Positions 26,109 through 38,037 of a stretch of 42,983 nucleotides of DNA are shown one piece after another. Under the pieces are notes generated by a model, which did not search any database, was not told the origin of the DNA, and saw nothing but the letters and a program-made list of their open reading frames with translations. Positions within the stretch are counted from its first letter, which is position 1; the number at the start of each line of letters is the position of its first letter. The DNA comes from Octopus bimaculoides (Eukaryota): positions 4,454,323 through 4,497,305 of the forward strand of contig NC_068996.1 of NCBI RefSeq assembly GCF_001194135.2, written 5' to 3'. The position numbers and the translations under genes were made by a program.

Positions 26109-28110
26109 ACACACACACACTCAAACACATACACACATATATATATCATTAATAAATGAACGAACACTAAACAATAGATATGGAAAGTTTTTTTACAAAT
26201 CTATAATAAACTGTCTTTATATTTTATTCAAAATATTAATAAAACTAACAACAGCACAAAGAAACAAAATCATTTATTTAAAATCTGGCAAAAAACAGCA
26301 AAAAGAAAAAAGACGTTTGAAAACTTTCATAAAACTATATTCATTGTCTATAATCTTAATCTGGGGGTTAAATTTTATCTAGTAACAGTTAACAGCAGAT
26401 TCGGTTTCTCAATATTTATTATCCATGTTCAGTTATATCACGATTTTATATTATGGCATTGGTAAAATTATAGTGTGCCTACCCCCCCCACACACACACA
26501 TACTACACATACATAATCTTTGGCGTGCGATTGCAAGGTGGCCTACCTGTACATGACTATTTGTTTTGCAGCCTATTTTTTACAAATGCTGCCAACATTC
26601 GTGAAGATTGTTTAATGTGTAGAATAAACCAATATCGGATATGCTATGTGAAAAAAGAAAACAGAACGGTCAAGAGGCTAATGCTGCTCGAACAATAAAT
26701 TCTTGTCGCAAGAAATATTTCTCTCAGCCTGTTAAAACGTTGCCAGAGAATAACACTGGTAAACCTGTACAAAGATAGCTCTAAACCCTATACAAAGGGT
26801 TACGAAGTCTTAAAAATACGCTAGTATCAATAAGCAACATTTATAAATAATCCAGAAAAATTATTCACAACTTTACACGAAAAATAACACTGGTTGTCAC
26901 AATAGCGTTACAAACAAGAAGTGCTGGTATCTTCTTTCCCAGCGTGACAAGTCCATAAAGAATAAATTTAAAATAAATATTTCCCACACAAAAACAAACA
27001 TTGTAAAAAAGGTGCGAAAATCTAAAAAAAATCTAGCAGTGTTATAATAAATGAATAAATAAAAGACCTTTTATAAATTAAAAGATTTTTATCACCACAG
27101 CATATATATACAGCAATAATTCAGAAGATATTCCGATTACAAGAGCAAAGAACACCCACCAATACAAATTATACTTTAATCAGAACAGGTAGAACATTCC
27201 ACGGCAGGGGTGGTCTCGTAGAATACATGAAATCTTGTACTCGATATATTTAGCACAAATGATTGTTGTACACTAGTAAGATGTAACTCTACGCTAAAAC
27301 GCAGGTTTTCAGTAAGTTAAAAATATGAAAGAAATTAACAAAATAAAACATGTTAACATAATAAAACATATCTACCACCATGTCGTCATAATGCATCCAT
27401 TCGCAGCACTTGAGCATTATCAGAACACCAATGGCAAGGACATAAGGTACTGAACACCTCCTGACTTTCAAATAATGCAGATAATAAGACAGGTAGCGTA
27501 ATGCTATTTACATATTAACACAAGCACATACCTTCACTAAATCATCTGCAACAACTTTTACCTAGACATTAGCTCGTTTGAAATACACCTAGCTACCGCA
27601 ACCACAATTAACATGCAAGTGTGTGATGATGATAATTGGTAAGTGGTCCGAGGACCACTTACCAGTTATCAACACATCACATTACCTATCAATAAGGAAA
27701 GAGAAATTCTTTTGCAGACAAATAAATTAATAAATAAATAAACATAATGGAGCGAATTCCACCTAGAAAGAAAATCAAGATTTTATTTTCATTTCTTATT
27801 TTATATTTTATATACATATATATTTTTTTTCCAGAATTCAACAATACAACAATCACCAACATAGACATCCAATACATACATTCAACAAAATAATTATAGA
27901 CACACCTAAAGAAAAACAAAAAAACAAACCATATCTAAGAAAGCAACATAAAACAATAAAACCCCAATTACACACCAGAAATAGTCAACGTCATAAAAAC
28001 TTGAGACAGCCTCAAAGACAATACATCAAACCACACAGTACCGAAATAAACTCAGCATCAAATAACAAAACAAGGGAATAACAACAAGAAAAGCTAATAA
28101 TAATAATAAC

Positions 28111-28164
<54 letters not shown>

Positions 28165-28689
28165 GAAAATAGAAAACTGGCAAATATTTGCATCCAACAT
28201 AAACCACAAAACTAATAGTAACACACTAGAGTAATTAGTAGCAGTATCAACAACAGTCACACCACATACCTCATATCACAATAGAAAAATAAAATAATAA
28301 AACCCCACTGCAGCACCGAGCAACCTTCCTTAGCATTCATTTCTCGAAAAATCAACCACCAAAACACAACCACACACGAAGACGATAGGGAAATTAAACG
28401 GAAAGTACGCATTTTTTAATCAAGCCATGATTTACAGTAACCTCACCCGCCTCTTTTAGATCAGACAGACAAAGGTCAATGGAAAAAAATGGAAAAACTC
28501 ATAGGTTTTTTGGTCTGAAATACTCACAAACGTATACATAAAGCACTTTGTACCTGAAAGAATCACCACATCCCGCATCAACTACAACAGCTCATCAATA
28601 TTATGAAAAACCGCAGACTTTAAGTGAATGAGCAAAATAATTTTAAAACACAATAAAACTCAAGTGATGTAACATAATCGTTTCTTCTA

Positions 28690-28893
28690 TAGGCACAAGG
28701 CCTGAAATTTAGTGGGAAGGGGATAGTCAGTTACATCGACTCCAATGCCCGACTGGTACTTATTTTTATCGATACCGAAAGGATGAATGGCAAAGTCGAC
28801 CTCGGCGGAATTTGAACTCAGAACGTGAGGACGGACAAATTGCCGCCATGCATTTTATCCGGCGTGCTAACTATTCTGCCAGATCGCTGCCTT
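28690..28893 (-). mobile_element. SINE family B, full length
   Basis: Complete reverse complement of the B consensus, from GGCACAAGGCC to GCTAACTATTCTGCCAGATCGCTGCCTT. Confidence 0.88.
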
Positions 28894-29224
28894 CAAGTGA
28901 TGCAATCTAATGCAAACAATTTTAAAAGATTAGATGTTCAAGAAGAATATTTCCAGTACCTATGATTTATCGAATGAAATTCTAAATGAATACGTATGTC
29001 GTCTAAGCCACAATTTTTGATCTATATTAATACGATCTTCCATTCTACAGGCATAATTGCACAACTTTTCCAACCCTATTTAAATCATTAAAATATCCGG
29101 CTCAATTTGGATATGATGTAGTACGCAGCAAATCCAATGTTTCAAATACAACAAAACAACGTATACAACACAGTAAATATAGATATACCACACAATCAAA
29201 GATACTAAAATACTAATATTACAA

Positions 29225-29442
29225 AGGTGGTGTGCTGGCAGAATCGTTAGCAGACCTGGAAAATGCTTAGCGGTATTGTGTCCGTCTTTACGTCCTGAGT
29301 TCGAATTCCGCCGAGATCGACTTTGCCTTTTATTCTTTTGAGGTTGATAAAATAAGTACCAGGTGAGTACTGAGGTCGATGTAATCTACTTACCGCTTCT
29401 ACTGAACTTGGTGGCCTTGTACCAAAATTTGAAACCAATATT
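29225..29442 (+). mobile_element. SINE family B, full length
   Basis: GGTGGTGTGCTGGCAGAATCGTTAGC..GAGTTCGAATTCCGCCGAGATCGACTTTGCC..GATAAAATAAGTACCAG..GGCCTTGTACCAAAATTTGAAACCAATATT. Confidence 0.9.
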
Positions 29443-29449
29443 ACGTGTT

Positions 29450-29960
29450 ACACACAACTCATCAACAACATTCACAACACGCACACAAATTATGAAAGCA
29501 AAATGACACAGAAACACACTTAGAAAACAATTACAGGTATCACAATTTGTCCAGCAGAAAGAAACAACAATAGGTTGTAAACAATACATTAGTTTCACTC
29601 TGGGTTACGCTTACCCTATCTAGCCGTTAATCTCTCCACAACAAACCACAATAAACTACAATGAACACAAAACAGAGCTTTTTGCACCATATCACATTGT
29701 AAATAGGCCACACCCACATACAACTTAAACAACGGAACAAATATACTGAAAATGAAATACCAGCTGGACATACGAGGGGCACGCTCTGTCGCCACAGCAG
29801 GCTTCAAATCCACAGTTTCTATTCTGACATAACAAAAAGAAAAGAAAATGCCACCCTCCCAACTCCAGACATCCAGACCACATATAGAACACTCCTGAAC
29901 ATTGTTATAATATCGTAAAAAATTTATCTGTCTCCCTTGCCTCCTACACACGAACAAGCA
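29450..29960 (+). pseudogene. Possible decayed non-LTR retrotransposon (L1/Tx1-like) ORF2 3' relic
   Basis: Strongly A/C-rich strand. Frameshifted fragments TYEGHAL / CRHSRLQIHSFYSDITK / RTLLNIVIIS*KIYL loosely recall the zinc-knuckle and C-terminal region of L1-clade ORF2. Many stops. Confidence 0.25.
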
Positions 29961-29984
29961 AAAGAAGCATATCTAAGCACAGAA

Positions 29985-30140
29985 ATCGAACCAGAGTCGC
30001 CAAGTTTGTCGTTCATCCTTTGGTGGGGTGGGGGGTGGTCGATGAAATAAACCCCAGTCAAGTACAAGTACCAGTTACATCGACCGTAGATCGAGCCCCC
30101 CCCCCCACAAAAAAATAGTATGACGTTCTGCTTATGTTAG
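29985..30140 (+). mobile_element. SINE family B, highly degenerate fragment
   Basis: GTCGCCAAGTTTGTCGTTCATCCTTTGG..GGTCGATGAAATAA..AGTACCAGTT..; partial match only. Confidence 0.45.
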
Positions 30141-30931
30141 AAACTGCAAATAGATGGGATGGACATGGTTGGAATGTCTTTGATCACTGATCTACTGAAT
30201 AGGGGCTGGACTTGGAGGNNNNNNNNNNNNNNNNNNNNNNNNNNNNNNNNNNNNNNNNNNNNNNNNNNNNNNNNNNNNNNNNNNNNNNNNNNNNNNNNNN
30301 NNNNNNNNNNNNNNNNNNNNNNNNNNNNNNNNNNNNNNNNNNNNNNNNNNNNNNNNNNNNNNNNNNNNNNNNNNNNNNNNNNNNNNNNNNNNNNNNNNNN
30401 NNNNNNNNNNNNNNNNNNNNNNNNNNNNNNNNNNNNNNNNNNNNNNNNNNNNNNNNNNNNNNNNNNNNNNNNNNNNNNNNNNNNNNNNNNNNNNNNNNNN
30501 NNNNNNNNNNNNNNNNNNNNNNNNNNNNNNNNNNNNNNNNNNNNNNNNNNNNNNNNNNNNNNNNNNNNNNNNNNNNNNNNNNNNNNNNNNNNNNNNNNNN
30601 NNNNNNNNNNNNNNNNNNNNNNNNNNNNNNNNNNNNNNNNNNNNNNNNNNNNNNNNNNNNNNNNNNNNNNNNNNNNNNNNNNNNNNNNNNNNNNNNNNNN
30701 NNNNNNNNNNNNNNNNNNNNNNNNNNNNNNNNNNNNNNNNNNNNNNNNNNNNNNNNNNNNNNNNNNNNNNNNNNNNNNNNNNNNNNNNNNNNNNNNNNNN
30801 NNNNNNNNNNNNNNNNNNAATCCCTGATTTACAACAAAGACGGGATTGCCACGACCGGATTCTCTCTAACCATAAATACGCTCGATCATGGTTGTGCCGT
30901 AGCAAAACGACAGCAAACACTACTACTACTG

Positions 30932-30971
<40 letters not shown>

Positions 30972-31045
30972 TTTTAACTAGAAAATGCAGTAAAGATAAC
31001 AATTGAGACCACCATTAGGCCCTTAATTTCATTTCATTTCTATCT

Positions 31046-31296
31046 TCATTATTTACATTTGACGGATATTTGTCCTCATCTTGTTTGTTGTTAACACAAC
31101 ATTTCGGCTGATATACCTTCCAGCCTTCATCAGGTGTCTTGGGGAAATTTCGAGCCTGGGTTCTCATTCCTAAGGTATTTTTCAATGTTATTATTATTAT
31201 TATTATTGTTATTATTATTATTATTAAGGTCACTGCCTGGAATTGAACTCGAGATCTTGGCGTTAGTAGCCCGCGCTCTTAACCACTACGTCATAT
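31046..31296 (-). mobile_element. SINE family C, second copy with shorter (AAT)n spacer
   Basis: Reverse complement reads ATATGACGTAGTGGTTAAGAGCGCGGGCTACTAACG..GAGTTCAATTCCAGGCAGTGACC-(AAT)n-..AAAAATACCTTAGGAATGAGAACCCAGGCTCGAAATTTCCCCAAGACACCTGATGAAGG..., colinear with the 38424-38795 copy. Confidence 0.9.
31093..31138 (-). ncRNA. Minimal type I hammerhead ribozyme motif in second SINE C copy
   Basis: Minus strand GACAC-CTGATGA-A-GGCTG-GAAGGTATAT-CAGCC-GAAA-T-GTT-GTGTT. Stem I is fully paired (GACAC/GTGTT with one G.U) and stem II is intact. The stem III C is changed to T, consistent with CpG decay. Confidence 0.65.
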
Positions 31297-31521
31297 TTAT
31301 TTGTTTATTTATTCTACGTTTTGTGTATTCCCTGTTCATCTTCTGTTTCTAATTTCATTTATGATTTTATGTACCGACTTTTAATTTGTCTGCATTCTAA
31401 CAATTCACAAAACTATTGTACTTTCTACGCTGTGTTTGTGTGTTACGCGGTTAACCTTGAAGTACTTTAGCCGAACGAATCGCAACTCCTCCTTACTTTT
31501 TTTTTTTTTTTTTAAGCCTGA

Positions 31522-31625
31522 TACTTCTATCGGTCTCTTTTGCCGAGCTGTTAAGCTACGGAAATGTAAACGCACCAACACTGGCTGTCAAGTGGTGGTG
31601 GGAAACACTGACACAAAGAAACACA
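31522..31625 (-). mobile_element. SINE family A, partial 3' half
   Basis: Reverse complement contains CACCACTTGACAGCCAGTGTTGGTGCGTTTACAT..CTCGGCAAAAGAGACCGATAGAAGTA; abuts (CA)n and a gap. Confidence 0.75.
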
Positions 31626-32121
31626 CGTAGATGCACACACACACANNNNNNNNNNNNNNNNNNNNNNNNNNNNNNNNNNNNNNNNNNNNNNNNNNNNNNN
31701 NNNNNNNNNNNNNNNNNNNNNNNNNNNNNNNNNNNNNNNNNNNNNNNNNNNNNNNNNNNNNNNNNNNNNNNNNNNNNNNNNNNNNNNNNNNNNNNNNNNN
31801 NNNNNNNNNNNNNNNNNNNNNNNNNNNNNNNNNNNNNNNNNNNNNNNNNNNNNNNNNNNNNNNNNNNNNNNNNNNNNNNNNNNNNNNNNNNNNNNNNNNN
31901 NNNNNNNNNNNNNNNNNNNNNNNNNNNNNNNNNNNNNNNNNNNNNNNNNNNNNNNNNNNNNNNNNNNNNNNNNNNNNNNNNNNNNNNNNNNNNNNNNNNN
32001 NNNNNNNNNNNNNNNNNNNNNNNNNGCTCAATTCACGCTTGTGTTTAGATGTATGATTATGAAAGATTTCTGTTGCAACTATCGAAATTGTCAATGTTAG
32101 TGAGATTTTAAAACTTTCCTT

Positions 32122-32497
32122 TTACTACCTCCGCCTTAGCGAAGGTAGTAGAGGTATTGTTTTCAGTCGTATTTGTTTGTTTGTCCGCGGGCAAGATCTC
32201 CCAAGAACCGCTGGATGGATTCCGATGATACTTTCAGGGATGTTTGGCTTTGTGACTGGCACGAACTGATTAGATTTTGGCATCGATCCGGTATCGGACA
32301 ATGATTCTGGATTATTTTTCCTGTTTTTTTTTTACTTAATTTTTGAGATCGGTCGAGTTAATTTTTAGTATTCTCGTTTATGAGATCAGTCGAGTTTATT
32401 TCAAATATTCTCATTTTAAAAATCATCTCTGGCTAATCGTTCAGCGGACGTTGGTGTTGCCTTGGCGGAGGTTTGCACCCTCTGAGTGCTCTTGTTC
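32122..32497 (+). mobile_element. Non-autonomous Helentron/Helitron2-type element (DINE-1/HINE-like)
   Basis: Subterminal inverted repeats ACCTCCGCC (32127-35) / GGCGGAGGT (32464-72); 5' short IR TACTACCT/AGGTAGTA; internal (GTTT)n; 3' mini-hairpin GCACCC-TCT-GAGTGC (32475-89); T-rich flanks at both ends. Confidence 0.75.
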
Positions 32498-32734
32498 TTT
32501 TTTAATTTCATCGCATTTTTTTTTTACCAAATATAAACTACTCATGACTTTCAACAAAACGCTTCTTAACTCAATGAGTAGTTAGAAAACTTACATTTAT
32601 TATTAGACTTTTCGCGTTTAGAGAGGGTTTCAAATACTGAAAAAGTTCTATAATGTCGAGACTCACTTCATTCTACTGATAACTCGGAATTATAGATAGC
32701 AATTTTCATAGCTCTGCGTATATATATATATATA

Positions 32735-32857
32735 AAGAGAGAGAGAGTGAGACAGAGACAGAGACAGACAGACAGACAGACAGACAGAGAAAGACAGACA
32801 GATGATAGATAGATAGATAGATAGATGGATAGATGGCTTGCTGACTGATTGGTAGGC

Positions 32858-32901
<44 letters not shown>

Positions 32902-32950
32902 GTAGGTAGGTAGGTAGGTTGGTTGGTAAGTAGGTGTATGTATGTATGCA
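32735..32950. repeat. Stepped tetranucleotide array (GACA)(GATA)(GGCT)(GGTA)(GTAT)
   Basis: Direct reading. Confidence 0.9.
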
Positions 32951-33134
32951 TGGGTTAATTTAGTGACGTATTAGGTAAGAGTATGAGAATTCTTTGAGCC
33001 ACTATACGAATTTGGAGATGTGATTGTATCTGAAAATGAAAGAATGCATTTGTATAGTAAATGAGGTCTTGATTTATTGATTGGAGAATATATTTAAATA
33101 CAATTATAAGCAATTCACAGATACAGACACACAT

Positions 33135-33229
<95 letters not shown>

Positions 33230-34232
33230 CACACATACATACTCATACATATACACACACATACACACAACTGAATAAACTGGAGTCTTAACGGCAGAGT
33301 GCAAAAGTTGAGCAGGTTATTTGCCATCTCGACTGTTTCTGTAATTAAAAACTCCACTGATTAAGTTCATTAATTAACATTTCTATGAGAGATAAATTAG
33401 ATAAACGCCTGACTATCTGCAAACTATGTACTATAAACGTTGTAAGAGATTTCGACGGAGTCGATCGACTTGCTAGAAATAGGAACGAAATTTTACTCAA
33501 ATTACGACTTAATGTCGTAAAAAAACAGTTGAATAATCCAAAGTCGGAAAGAAAATTGGGGTTGTCGTAGCTGCATTGGTTTTGACTGTGGTTCTGCGAA
33601 TCCAGGATTAAACCAAAATACTGCAACACTGATGGTCTTAAAAGCGGTGACATTGGATAACGTAGTCCTAGATACACCGGGATGTTTTAAGAGTGCCAAT
33701 GGCTTTAAGTTTGCTCAGTTGTATTTGACATGGAACTAAACAACAACCACAGTAATATTATCGTCCGTAACTACAAACCACAACAAGGAAAAACATTTTA
33801 CTGATGCAATATAGTAAAGGACTGTGCAATTGATTGTCAAAGTCTTTTGCATGTTTGCAATGCCCAAGTCCAATCCTAACATAATCCTAGGGTAAGCAAC
33901 ATGAATAACCATTCTAGTGTGACTTGAGTCACGTGAAATTTTTTAAGGCTAATTGGGTAGCCCTGATGTAATGTAATCAGAGCTACCAAACTGATATGAT
34001 GAAAATGCCAGACGAATCAGTCTCGTAATAACACCGAAGCGTATTAATGAAAAGGGAGCGCTCACTGGATATATTGCACCGACAAATTGATGGGGGTGGT
34101 CATAACTGTAACACATTTGATCATAGATCAGTCAACAACAGCAACATTAATAATAATGATAATAATAATAATGATAATAATAATAATAATAATAATAATG
34201 ATAATAATAATAATAATAATGATAATAACAGT

Positions 34233-34388
34233 AGCTTCAAATTCTGGTAAAAGGCCAGTAATTCCGGGGTAGGGTTAAGTCGATTACATCGATCCCAGTG
34301 GTCAACTCGTACTTATTTTATCGACCTCGAAATGATGAAAAGTAAAGTGGACCTCGGCAGCATTTGAACTCAAGACGCAAAGACGGAA
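34233..34388 (-). mobile_element. SINE family B, 5'-truncated
   Basis: TTCAAATTCTGGTAAAAGGCCAG..GTCGATTACATCGATCCCAGTG..GTACTTATTTTATCGACCTCGAAATGATGAAAAGTAAAGTGGACCTCGGC..TTTGAACTCA on +. Confidence 0.82.
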
Positions 34389-34723
34389 AATCAATAAAAA
34401 TCTAATGAAACAAAAATGCAATGACTGGAGTCTCAAATCGTTCAAATGTAAATGGAATTAAATAATCTCCAAATTATTTCATTGTGTCAACATAGCAAAG
34501 TAGAATAATCTAAATTTCTTAAGTAGTGTGTATGTAAACTGTTCAAGAAGTGCGTATCTTAATTGGTTAATTACTATGAATCTAAACTATTAAATTAGTA
34601 TATGTCTAAATTAGTTAAATCTTATATGCCTTAATTAATTGTTAACGCTATTACCTTGTGAATGTGGCAATACGTCATTACACCCCACAACAATTGTGAA
34701 TGATTATTTTTACAAATACATAA

Positions 34724-34917
34724 GGTGGCGAGCTGGCAGAATCGTTAGCACGCTGCACGAAATGCTTAGCGGTATTTCGCACGTCGCTACGTTCTGAGTT
34801 CAAATTCCGCCGGGATCGACCTTTGTCTTTCATCCCTTCGGAATCGATAAAATAAGTACCATTCATCGACTCATCCCCTCACCCTAAAAATGACTGTCCT
34901 TGTGGCAAAATCTGAGA
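34724..34917 (+). mobile_element. SINE family B, near full length
   Basis: A-box-like TGGCAGAATCGTT 34734-34746; B-box GAGTTCAAATTCC 34796-34808; body GATCGACCTTTGTCTTTCATCCCTTCGGAATCGATAAAATAAGTACC. Confidence 0.9.
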
Positions 34918-35196
34918 TCTTTATTTATTCAAATACATCTGCACTGGCATGGGTATGCTTTTAAGAAGTTCTTTTTCGTATCCACGAGATTTTGGTTCGA
35001 TACTCCTGCGTAGAACATCAGCTTGGTAGGTTCTGCTACGTACGACCAATGTCTTGTGACTGAATGCATGACTTTACTAGACTTAAACTGTGCTAAAGCG
35101 TGTACTATACACACACAGATAAATATAAATATATGTGTGTGTATATATATATTTGTGTGTATGCACATGGTTATATATGTGGTTATATATATATAT

Positions 35197-35227
<31 letters not shown>

Positions 35228-35289
35228 TGTGTTTGTATGCACGTGTGTACGTGTGTATGTATATGCGTATGTTTCTCTACCCATATATT

Positions 35290-35398
35290 TTTGCCTTTGT
35301 CACTGACAATTTGACAACGAGTGTGTATTTGTCTGAGTCCCAGTAACTTGGCGGTTCGCCAAAAACAGAGCCATTGCAATAAGTTCTAGACTTAAAAT
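35290..35398 (+). mobile_element. SINE family A, degenerate internal fragment
   Basis: TTGACAACGAGTGTG..CCCAGTAACTTGGCGGTTCGCCAAAA..AATAAGTTCTAGACTTAAAA. Confidence 0.55.
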
Positions 35399-35792
35399 AG
35401 CTACCACGACAAAAGGATAAACGAATAAAAGAATAGGACTGTAATTCTGTTGGCAAATTTGGTTATAATATTTCATATTCAGCAAATATATTAGCATTTC
35501 TATCTATTCCAACAGCCACTTATTTTAAGATGATAGTGTGTAGTTTGAACGACATTTGGCTGCTATATCTAGTCATGATTTCAGTTTTCATGTTATTGAT
35601 TCTATAATCAAAAGAAATCATCTTTATTTTTCGTGGACAGTGTATACAATACAACACAACCGTCCAATTTTTTTAACATAAAGTCTGGTAAATGTACGGT
35701 CTTACCTGCTACTTTTAGCTGGTCGAGCAACCATGTAAAGTCTCTTTCATTGAATCGATAATCATGTGTGTTTATGTGTATAATTTTAGTCA

Positions 35793-35837
<45 letters not shown>

Positions 35838-35847
35838 NNNNNNNNNN

Positions 35848-35878
<31 letters not shown>

Positions 35879-36388
35879 TGTGTGTGTGTGCTTATGTCAG
35901 TGTGTGTTTGTGTGTGTTTATTGCATATTCATATAATGCAAACTGTCTGTAAGTATATGATAAATCATTCTGGCCGTGTCAGCGTTTATACAACAACGGT
36001 TCCAGTTTAATAGTGTTTTCTCAATGGTTGTCCGTCCGTTCTTCCGTACAATGCGGTCAAGAAAGAGGTGGACCGAGGAAAAAGAAAAAAATAGAAAATA
36101 AAAGAAAGAAAAGGAAGGAAGAAGCGAAGAGTATGTCTGTTCATATTGGAATTAGTTATATTAGATTACGAGAAGACTGCCATTATCAATGCAGATGAAA
36201 ATACAGTATGGTGCAGCTGGGGTGTGAACGGTGACTAATAATAAAACGTCAAAATGTTGTTTGACCGAAAAGACTGGCGGAATAAAAAGTCCTATACAAA
36301 ACTACACGTTCGAAGCAATAATATGGTTCGTTACTCGTATATTGACCATCTCTTTCTTTTTGTCTCTCTTTATCTCTATCTTTTGCTT

Positions 36389-36433
<45 letters not shown>

Positions 36434-36933
36434 AAGCTTCTCACCTTCTACTTCTCCCTCTCTCCCATCCGCTTTCTTTCTCTCGTTCTGTCTCTGTCGC
36501 GTTAGTTGTTGTAGAATTCCAATTCCAAATGTGTTTAGAAGTTTGCACCCTGTCAACAAGGTCAACGTTTAGTAAACAGGCAACGGATGTTTAAAATATT
36601 GGCGCAATAGCAGAGCAAGCGACGAAGGAAAACGAAGAAAACAATAAAAGAAGAAGAAGAAGAAGAAGAAGAAGAAGAAGAAGAAAGAACTAAAGAAAAG
36701 ATAGAGAAGAAAGAAAGACAGAAAGAATCGAGAAGAAAACCGCCTCAGACTAACTCAGGACACACAAAGAATATGGCGGTCGTAATTCATCGATTATCAA
36801 ACAATAGATATGATATGATGGCTGTTGGAGTTAGTCTTTGATGTGTTCTACTCTGGATCGCACAAACATTATCACTGCAAGAGATTAGCTGGTAAACGAA
36901 CAGATAAATTAGAGGGGTCACTCATATTCTTTG

Positions 36934-36967
<34 letters not shown>

Positions 36968-37127
36968 TTTTGCAGTTTGTTTATATAATGCGGTCGTCGT
37001 GGTTGATGACGGTGGACGTGGATGATCGTCACGGTTATGACCATAGAGATATTAATAATTGTTGTTGTTGCTGTTTCTTTTAATGCTGTGGCGTTGACTG
37101 CAAACAGTCAAGTGCATATATATATAA

Positions 37128-37159
<32 letters not shown>

Positions 37160-37319
37160 AGGTCTTTGTATGTATATATAAATATATGTTTCCCAAAATA
37201 CATAGGGAATGCATTTCTAAACAGAATCTTACAGAGAATTCCATAAAGAGCAGAGTAGCATAGATTAATATAAAGCTATGTAAGCTAACAGAGTTATAAA
37301 CAACTAGAGTCATATATAT

Positions 37320-37403
<84 letters not shown>

Positions 37404-37995
37404 ATNNNNNNNNNNNNNNNNNNNNNNNNNNNNNNNNNNNNNNNNNNNNNNNNNNNNNNNNNNNNNNNNNNNNNNNNNNNNNNNNNNNNNNNNNNNNNNN
37501 NNNNNNNNNNNNNNNNNNNNNNNNNNNNNNNNNNNNNNNNNNNNNNNNNNNNNNNNNNNNNNNNNNNNNNNNNNNNNNNNNNNNNNNNNNNNNNNNNNNN
37601 NNNNNNNNNNNNNNNNNNNNNNNNNNNNNNNNNNNNNNNNNNNNNNNNNNNNNNNNNNNNNNNNNNNNNNNNNNNNNNNNNNNNNNNNNNNNNNNNNNNN
37701 NNNNNNNNNNNNNNNNNNNNNNNNNNNNNNNNNNNNNNNNNNNNNNNNNNNNNNNNNNNNNNNNNNNNNNNNNNNNNNNNNNNNNNNNNNNNNNNNNNNN
37801 NNNNNNNNNNNNNNNNNNNNNNNNNNNNNNNNNNNNNNNNNNNNNNNNNNNNNNNNNNNNNNNNNNNNNNNNNNNNNNNNNNNNNNNNNNNNNNNNNNNN
37901 NNNNNNNNNNNNNNNNNNNNNNNNNNNNNNNNNNNNNNNNNNNNNNNNNNNNNNNNNNNNNNNNNNNNNNNNNNNNNNNNNNNNNNNNNNNNNNN

Positions 37996-38037
<42 letters not shown>

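Noticed and set aside
33385-33570. 61-aa ORF MRDKLDKRLTICK...
   Set aside because: Short, no splice signals and no recognisable domain.
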